A stretch of 64,000 bases of DNA, taken from contig OX597815.1 of assembly GCA_951406725.2 (NCBI GenBank), positions 176,390,001 through 176,454,000 of the forward strand, written 5' to 3'. The notes under the pieces were generated by a model. It was not told the origin of the DNA, searched no databases, and saw only the letters and a program-made list of their open reading frames with translations. The translations under genes and the position numbers were made by a program. How positions within the stretch are numbered: position 1 is the first letter of the stretch; every line of letters starts with the position of its first letter. This document shows, in pieces, positions 55,345-64,000 of this stretch. Source of the stretch: Octopus vulgaris (lineage: Eukaryota).

Positions 55345-56931
55345 CTTCACTCAACACGACGAGATACGCAAAACACTGGGAGCAGCAAGCAGATAATTTT
55401 CAATTCACGGTTTGGACATTTAGGAAATATCTGCAATTTAGGAAATATCTTCAATCATCTTGGGCACATAATTGGTGTTAGTGTCTCCGTTAATCTCAGT
55501 TGGCCGGAACTGAAAAACTTCCAGATCGAAATCTTGAAAACCACCTCTGGTACGCACTTTCCCTAAAAGCATCTTCTTATATGTTGCTGAAGGTTTCTGG
55601 CACCGTTTTGCCTTTTAGCAAAATAAAATAAAGCAAGAGATGTCGATAAGGTTTGTATTGGTTCGCTATCTTCCGGTTGATCCCAAACACACAAAATACA
55701 TCCCGTTTCATGGCAAGTTCGTGTCGAAATACGTTGAAATATTAAGTGATTAAGGAGTGTGCATGCGCAAGGGATAGACTGAAGTTAGCTACGTATTAGA
55801 GTGCTTGATGTCTAATGCTGACAAAATCCAAAGAGACTCCTCAGCGAATCCAATATTTACCCGTATCGAAGAGTAGGGTTCCGTAAACTACGTGCATCGC
55901 CTCATTTCATTCTGTTGAGAATAAGTGTAGAGAATAAGTGCCCCCACAAAGTTCTTTGTTTCTCTTGTCTGTAGTTGGTTTGTGAATATTGGAAAAAAAA
56001 AACTGAAGAAAAAATGTCATTTTTGTTGTTACCCAAATATATTAAGGATTTACGTTAATGTATAAACAACAACAAAAACAAATATGTGAATTTCCCGGAG
56101 TCATATTTTAAGCTGTAATTGGTTTCAGTTTTACAAATTAGCAGAGTTTTATAAAACAAGAAATGAGTGGCAAGTAAAGTTTAACCGTTCGTTGCAACAA
56201 GTAGGCAAATAACTGATATTATGTTTATTCCAAAGCTACAAACTTCTTATTTAACTAAAGAAAAAATGGTTTTGAAAACGTATATGCCATTTCATAGGAA
56301 TCATTTTAAAATTTAAGAGAACAAAATGGTGTTTCTATTGTTTGGTTTTGTCAATATTATATTGTCTGGCTTCGGTCTGCAAGACATGAACAAGAAACAA
56401 ATCTCAATCCGGATCACATCTGAAAAATATCGCTGATACTTGTCGAAGACTACCACTGGTAACGTGTGGAAGGTTGTGTCTTGCTTTTGCTAATTTTTAT
56501 AATCTTTCCGGACGCAGACCTGGCTGTGTGGTAAGAAGGATGCTTCTCAACCACAGGATTCCGGGTTAAGTCTTCTACTATAGCCTCGGGCCGACCAAAG
56601 CCTTGTGAGTCGATTTGGTAACGGAAACTGAAAGAAGCCCGTCACATATATATATATGTGACTGACCAGACCATCAGATGTTGTTACACATCGCTGGTCA
56701 CAATGCGTTCGCATTGTTTTAGCCTTCGAATAACGCCACCCCGGTGGCTAAGTGAGCAGGCCAACAGAAGAAAGAGTGGGAGAAAGAGTGGTGAAAGAGC
56801 ATAGCAGGCATCAGCCCCCTGGTAAACGGTTCCTATAAAAAGAAGTAACGATCTGGTTCCAAAAATCTTATCAAAATCACTGATCTTAAACGAGTGAATT
56901 AAATGTCTAAATTCGTATCGGAAATACATAC

Positions 56932-57008
56932 TAAATATGGATGCAGCTATATTTCCCATCATTGGAATCTGCATTTCAATTGGTGTAACGTCTCCAATTT
57001 CAAAATAC
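56932..57008 (-). CDS. Candidate internal exon (YFEIGDVTPIEMQIPMMGNIAASIF)
   Basis: Acceptor CCTATATTTAG|, donor A|GTATGT, 77 nt, only one of three frames open, phase 2 to 1. Confidence 0.4.
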
Positions 57009-57237
57009 CTAAATATAGGTTGTATGATTTAAACGTAATTAGATGTGATTCATCCTCAAAAACCATGGCAGTACACAAGTTTAATATCTTCGGAGCCGGA
57101 TGACATATTGACCTTTAGGTGAATATCTACACAAATAACAAACATTACCTTATTTCTCTTTACATGGTAGGAATATCATTTGTATATTTTATTAAAATAT
57201 TTCAATCATGACATTAACACTCAACCACACACACACA

Positions 57238-57268
<31 letters not shown>

Positions 57269-57406
57269 GCATATATACATGACACATGCACATGTATAAT
57301 CGTAATTACGTGTATTTGATTTTAAGGTTATGTATTTTCCTGAGTGATCCGTACGGAGAAATTTACTTCTTTACACATACACGAGCACACACACACACGT
57401 ATGGTT

Positions 57407-57523
<117 letters not shown>

Positions 57524-58621
57524 TGTATGTATGTATGTATGTATTTGTGTGTGTATGCTTTCATTTGAATTTCTATATAAATACTTTCATAGCGATTTGA
57601 TGGGTTCAATTTTATATTTGCTTCCTTTCGTTCGTCTATAAAAAAAACTGTTTCTCACATTTAGCTTCAAGTGCATCCATACTACTGATATTTGTGAACA
57701 AGTTTGGAGATCACGTTTTTAGGAGGTGATTAGTACGTGTCGGAAACATAGCCAAACTGTGTCGCATTGCTTATGGTCTTTGCTTTTTTTTTTAGTTTAT
57801 TATACTAATGTGATTTTAATGACAGTACGAAACTAAAAATGAATTCTGCTGAGATAAAACCGTTGTCATGCACACGTAACGTAAGAAGAAGCTTATAAAA
57901 ACTGATATATAGGTCACATGCTTCAGTCACGGCCTAAGTCTCTTCGTAAAGACAAATGCATAAAACGAAATTTATAAATTTTTAATTAGATGTAAAATAA
58001 AATTCCTGTGACATTTGCAAAGTATTGTTGTCAGGTGACTTTAGAAGAAGACACAAGTAGGACAAGTATTTCAAATTTCTTCGAGAACCATCTTACAATA
58101 TCTTCAAAATTCTCTGATGTAAAGACATTCATGAAACTTTGGCCTTTGACTTGCCGCCTATGTGTTACATTCTTGACTTATGTCAGAATAAATTTGTTTT
58201 TTAGAACTCGTACCTCTCTATATTTTGGCTTTATCTAGAATGATTTCTAGATGTACGGTGTAGAGAAGCGTTCCTCTTCTTGCTGGAAGCTTAGCGCCCT
58301 ACGGAACTTGAATATATTATGGTTTTATATTAAACACAGATATGAAAATACAAACATGTAATACATTTTTGTCTTAGATATTAAAACATCGGTTAACCTG
58401 ATACTTATATCATTTTACAAAGTAGCGACAATGAAGCTAATTGATTTAGGAGGTGGGATTGATCTCACTGTTGATAGAGAAATGCATGAAGTAAATTGTC
58501 ACAATAAACCATATAATCGGAGATAACCCTGCGGAAACATTGCAGAAGATATCACCGTTGTAAGACTAGTTTCATTCAGGATAGGGATCTAGTTATCAGA
58601 GAAATATTTTCCACGTATATA

Positions 58622-59020
58622 TAGGTGGTTGTATGGTAAGAAGTTTGCTTCCTAACCACATAGTTGTGGGTTCAGTCCCACTGCGTGGCAACTTGACCAA
58701 GAGTCTTTTACTATGCCCTCGGACCAACCTAACGCTTGTGAATGAATTTGGAAGACGGAAACTGAAAAAAGCCCGTCGTATACTTATTTACATATATATG
58801 TGTGCGTGTGTCGATGTGTTTGTGTCTCCCCCCCCCTGCCACTTGACAACTGGTATTTGTGTGTTTATCTTCCCGCAACTTAGCGCTTCAGCAAAAGATA
58901 CCGATAGAATAAGTATCAGGCTTTTAAAAAAAAGTACCGGGGTCGATTCGTTCCACTAAAGTTGTTGAAGGTGGTACCCCAGCATGGCCGTAGTCTAATG
59001 ACTGAAGCAAGTAAAAGAAC
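58622..59020 (+). mobile_element. SINE family B (diverged)
   Basis: TGGTAAGAAGTTTGCTTCCTAACCAC...GGTTCAGTCCCACTGCGTGGCA...CAGCATGGCCGTAGTC...CAAGTAAAAGA. Confidence 0.88.
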
Positions 59021-59829
59021 ATAGGATGAATATCAGATAAAACTCGGAAACCACAAAAATGTATGAAACCAATTCTAAGGCAAAACACATCAGATTTGAA
59101 TACTACAACATATCCACACATACAGTTTGTCGGTAGAAACATGAGTAAAATTTGAAGTGTTACATGAAACTGATCTACTTGACGCAGGGAAGACGTGTAA
59201 TAAAACAACATTTCATTAGTTTAAAATATCGAATTCTAATTCATATCCAAATAATATTTGTCTAGATACAATGTGCCATGTTATTTTTCATTACAAAACC
59301 GAGAAACAAGAAGTAAGTTGTCAGAATGACTATATGATCGGTGTTAACCTTAAGACAATAGCTTACAGTCGATCGTTTGTAAATTCTCCCGTAAAAAAAC
59401 AAGTAATATTTGTCTCTGCTCACGCTCGAATGCAAACATCGCAAGATGCAGAACGTAACATTTGGACGCTTTTTTTTTTTTACCAAGGTGAGTTATGTTT
59501 AATGTATCTGATTATTCTAAAAGAATACCAAAAGTAACAATAAAAATGGTTACCTTATGCATCGACAACTGGATAAAACTGTGAGCAATTTTAGAATAAT
59601 TCACATTTATTCGTTGAATAATATATATAAATTTAGATATCATTTTAGACTTTATAATGTGAAATGCTGCCAATCAGTAATTAAGTCTCCCAGTGATCAA
59701 ACCACCTTCATTTGTCAGTCTATTTAATATCTGATGATAATTTATTGCAACGAAAAACATTCAGTTTTGGTCCCAGGACTAAAATATCTTGTTACGTAGA
59801 AAGAATACGGGAAAAATTATGACAATCTA

Positions 59830-60290
59830 GGGAGAACAATCCATTGAGAGTCATGTAGAAAGCTAAGACTTGATTATACTAACAAGTGAACATGAATATG
59901 AATGCAATAAAGTGGTAGAAAGTAAGAGATAAAAGCTGTGGGATTTTAACATTTAGAGTGGCGGAGTAATAGAAGCTAGAAAGTCTGATTTAAGTTCACA
60001 AGGAGAATAAAAAGTGCCAGATATTTGTCTTTACAGTAGCAAATGATGAGAAAGTCAATCTGAGAGATTTAGAGAAAATAGCAAAGTACCAAATGCTAGC
60101 CATTGAGTTACAAAGACTAAGGAAAGTGCGGGTAAAAATATATCCCTGTAAAGTGGATTAAGAACTATTCCAAAAGATTTGAGCAGATAGATTGAGGATT
60201 TCGTACTCTCTATACCAATCAGGCAAAGAAAACAAGTTAATGAGCGAAACTGCTAGGGCTCTGAGACTTCTGCTGAAGATTGACAACGAT
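59830..60290 (+). pseudogene. Degraded R4/Dong-like LINE 3' end (restriction-like endonuclease domain)
   Basis: Remnant KVVES...KLWDFNI*SGGVIEARKSDL...DLEKIAKYQMLAIELQRLRKVRV matches WDF.IQTD..I.ARRPD...E.EK..KY..LA.E..RLW. Confidence 0.75.
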
Positions 60291-60485
60291 TTCTAAAAGT
60301 GCAAATAATTGGCTGATCGTTACTGTCACATGTAAGTAATATCTTATCCAAATAATGTTTATTAGATACGTAATATATGTCATGCATAATTCTAAACACA
60401 TAAATATGATATGCACTATATAGTTCTTCATCGTCTTAATCGAGAGGTCAATGTTTGCTTGGTATTTATGCTGTATTACTATAAC

Positions 60486-60672
60486 AGGCGCTGGCGTAGT
60501 GATGTGGAAGGAAGCTTGCTTCCTAACCACACGGTTCGGGGTTCAATTCCACTAAGTGGTGCATTAGGCAATGGTTTCTATTATAGCCTTGGGTCGACCA
60601 AGACCTCGTGAGTTGATTGGATAGATGGAAAATGTAAGAAGCCTGTCGAACATATATGTATGTATGTTTGCA

Positions 60673-60764
<92 letters not shown>

Positions 60765-60840
60765 TGTCTTTCTTTCTGTGTTTGTCTCCCACCATGCTTG
60801 ACAACCGGTGTTGATGTTTACGCAACTCAGCGAGAAACGC
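60486..60840 (+). mobile_element. SINE family B, 3'-truncated, with long internal (TG)n
   Basis: AGGCGCTGGCGTAGTGATGTGG...GGTTCAATTCCACT...CTTGACAACCGGTGTTGATGTTTAC. Confidence 0.85.
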
Positions 60841-61843
60841 AAAGCAGTTTTCATCATTATTTAAACATTACCATCATAATAAACAATCACTCGTCTTAAT
60901 GCAGTATTACATGTAATTATTATGTATAATTATTATAATACAGATATATAAATGAAAGCTGAATTTTGTGCACGAATGTAAAATGGACTTTAAAATACAG
61001 GAGGATATTGTTGTTTGGTATCGATATGTGCTTTCATTCAGGCTAAAAATTGTAGATATTGAGGATGTAAAGCAAATATTGATATCCTGTTTGAGTAATG
61101 ATTGTTGTAATGTGTGACAAAATATTATTAGGGGGACAAAACGACAGATGTATTAATGTGCAATACCGAAAGCCTTGATCTTTTACTTCCTATCTGTTCA
61201 CATTACGCCATCCATTACTGTTATGGTCAACTTCACTTTATTTTTATTTCAGAGTCAATGAAATAATCACTAGTCATATAAAATGGCTGTAAACAAACAA
61301 ATGCAAATATATGTTATTGTGAGAAAGTTTGCTATTGATTAAAATATTGTTGGATTATATTCGATATCTATTTGCTTTGGTGACATAACTTTTGTTTTGG
61401 TCTGACATTTCAACTTCCGTTTACTTTGTTGTATATTTATATGTGACTATATATTCACTTAAATTAAGTAGATTAACCATAATATTGCATTTATAGTCTT
61501 CTCATTACAAAGTTGACTCCGAAACTGACCTAATGAATTTAGCGCACATTCAAGTTTCACCCAGTTGTGAAGTTTATGTTAATTTGCACTGGGATTTGGA
61601 AACCAACAGCTGTTTACTATAACCAATCATTCTCCAACTTAGATTATAGTTCATACTTGGTGGCTATTCAAAGGCATTCAAGGTTAACTTTTTGCTGTAA
61701 ATTCTATACATGTTGCGATGATGTTAGACAACTAAGGAAATATTTGAGAAAAGATTATATATATTTAGCTGCCTTTTGAATTCCGTATTATGATGATAGA
61801 TTTATATTAAAGATATTATTAAAAATGGCACACTGTTGCTCGG

Positions 61844-61936
<93 letters not shown>

Positions 61937-61968
61937 ACGTCTATATGCCTGTCTATATGTCTGTCTGC

Positions 61969-62000
<32 letters not shown>

Positions 62001-62030
62001 ATGTATGTATGTATGTATGTATGTATGTAT
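61844..62030. repeat. Compound (TCTA)n/(TCTG)n/(TATG)n microsatellite
   Basis: Direct inspection. Confidence 0.95.
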
Positions 62031-64000
62031 GCATGTGTGCGTGTGTATGCATGCGTGTGCCTGCATGTGTGTGTGTATGAAATTCCCCAATTTTCACAGT
62101 TTTCACAGTTATTGTTCAGTGTATTGCTTAAAAGAATTTAATGCATGCTACTTTCAGAATTATTGTTTGCTTGGATAAAGAATTATATTTTGTTTGGATA
62201 ATGTCGTATACAGGAAAATTGATTTTTTTGAAGTGTATATACTTACAGATCACAATTGTAATGAACTACTCCAGAAGCCTGACTCATGCACATAAATAAT
62301 GCATTATGTCGCCTATATCAAGTTTAACACATAAACAACAATACCAACTTTTTCGAGGAGCTTTCAGTATGCGAAGCTAAACTCTGTTGTTAAGCTCTTT
62401 CACTGCGTGTAGTATATTAACAGTGGTTTTTAAGATGCAAACTGGATTACTAGAGTCTGCTGTGTTTCCAGTATCATTGTTCAATATAAATGGGTGAACG
62501 CCTAAAACTTTCCTTCTTTGAGTAAAATGTCTTCCACATTTATATTTGTATTCCTGGTATATTCTTTCAAGGAAGGCCAAACTTGAAAGTATAGTCACCT
62601 TTCTCTTTGGCTGTTCGGTGAAAACTGCATCCTTCCTTATTTAACCTAATGAATAAGCTGAAGGAAGAAGATCTAAAGCATATGTGATGAATGCTAGTAC
62701 TTGGGTTCATCTCCATTAAGAGGAAATGTTTGCGAGAGAATACAGTTTACCATAAATATGAGCGCAAAAGGCAAAAGAAGAGCGATATCGATACAGACTC
62801 AGCAGTGTCATGACACTCGCCAGCAGCTTGGCGAAAACGTATTGACTTGCTTCATATTATATTTTTGTGAGAATCACGAAGGAGCTCGTAGAACGTGTTT
62901 AAAGCACGGAAATTAAGTGCTTAACAGATTCTAGGTCAATCAGTGCGATAAACACTAAAAAGAGTTTCAATCCAGTACAAAGCAGTGTATGAATCTTGAC
63001 TTCAGGTGCACTCTAAAAATGCACTTACATTTCTGATTCTATGCTGTTGCGAATGTGTGCTTCGCACCAAGAAGTGGCGAGAATACATGAAGATAAGTTT
63101 CGTTCAGAAAAGTTTGTCGTGCTTTATGCGATAGATATACTTTATTTTAAATTTAAACATGCAGTGTTCTCACAACTTTTCTGCTGTAAACCCGGCCTAA
63201 GCTGTATATGATGCTAGTGAGAGCATAGAAAGTAACAGACCATTTCATCTACAGTTTAATAATCTCCTGTCTCGCCCAGTCTATGTATAATGATACTGAT
63301 AGCCATAAAAAGCAAATACTGAATGCTAAACATGTGTCTTAATCCATAAGCATACAAATATACTTGTATTAGTGAAATATAATCGAAACACGGTTTCAAT
63401 TTAATTGTTTCAATAGCGAAGAAACGAAACACCAACCACTTAACAAAAATAAAGAATAATAAAGAGAATAAAGAATAATAGGCATAAAGAAACATGAAAA
63501 ATAATGTGTAGCCAAAAAGCTATGTTCTGAGTGTGCAAATAATGTCTTCCACATTTGTGCAATTGTATTTCTCGTTCTAAAGTTCTAAAAAAAAGAAAAA
63601 CTCTATCATCTCCTCTTTTAATATACGGAAGCATCGAACACACTCGAAGAAATCGGTTTTAATAAATGATAAAGGAGATCTTCTGCATCGAAACTAAAGC
63701 CATGACACAAATGAAATAATGTCCGATTGCAATCATTTCAGTTTACTTGTACCCGTCATTGCATGCGTGTCGTAATGAGCAAAAGTAAAGGGAATTACGA
63801 AGAAAGTGAGACGAAATATAACAGCTGGGAATGTATGATTTTTATTGACGAAATTCGGTAGCAAATGAAATATTATGGTCAACGATGTGTTCTATTAGCA
63901 TTTTTATTCTAAGATGTATTCAAGTAATATAAACCAGGTAGCGCTTTGTGAATTATTCATGAATTTTCATGTCGACCTCAGATTTAAAAAATGTCCTTTT

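Noticed and set aside
57043-57118. Plus-strand exon-like segment DVIHPQKPWQYTSLISSEPDDILTFR (AG...AG|GTGAAT)
   Set aside because: Poor polypyrimidine tract and no partner plus-strand exons identified.

Overview
AT-rich eukaryotic DNA dense in microsatellites ((TA)n, (CA)n, (TCTA)n, (AAT)n, (TAC)n). The tRNA-derived SINE families and repeat landscape suggest an octopod cephalopod (inference; no database search was run). Most of the window is repeat. It holds at least 15 SINE copies from 3-4 families (several with clean TSDs), Tc1/mariner derivatives, one young 5'-truncated RTE LINE nested in an old R4/Dong-like LINE, further R4/Dong remnants and Penelope-like element (PLE) fragments with GIY-YIG remnants. 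Five small minus-strand candidate exons (57.0, 51.0, 41.7, 32.8 and 14.2 kb) splice in frame into the C-terminus of an unidentified protein, so most of the window may be intronic. The most striking signal is a set of microsatellite-embedded PLE-type modules. They carry about a dozen minimal type-I hammerhead-ribozyme motifs, several with a compensated non-canonical U3:A8 core (UUGANAA), and sit alongside more than 10 long near-perfect fold-back palindromes next to (TA)n or similar tracts. Nearly all long ORFs in the ORF track are microsatellite artefacts. All alignments, folds and translations were done by eye, and boundaries of degraded elements are approximate.
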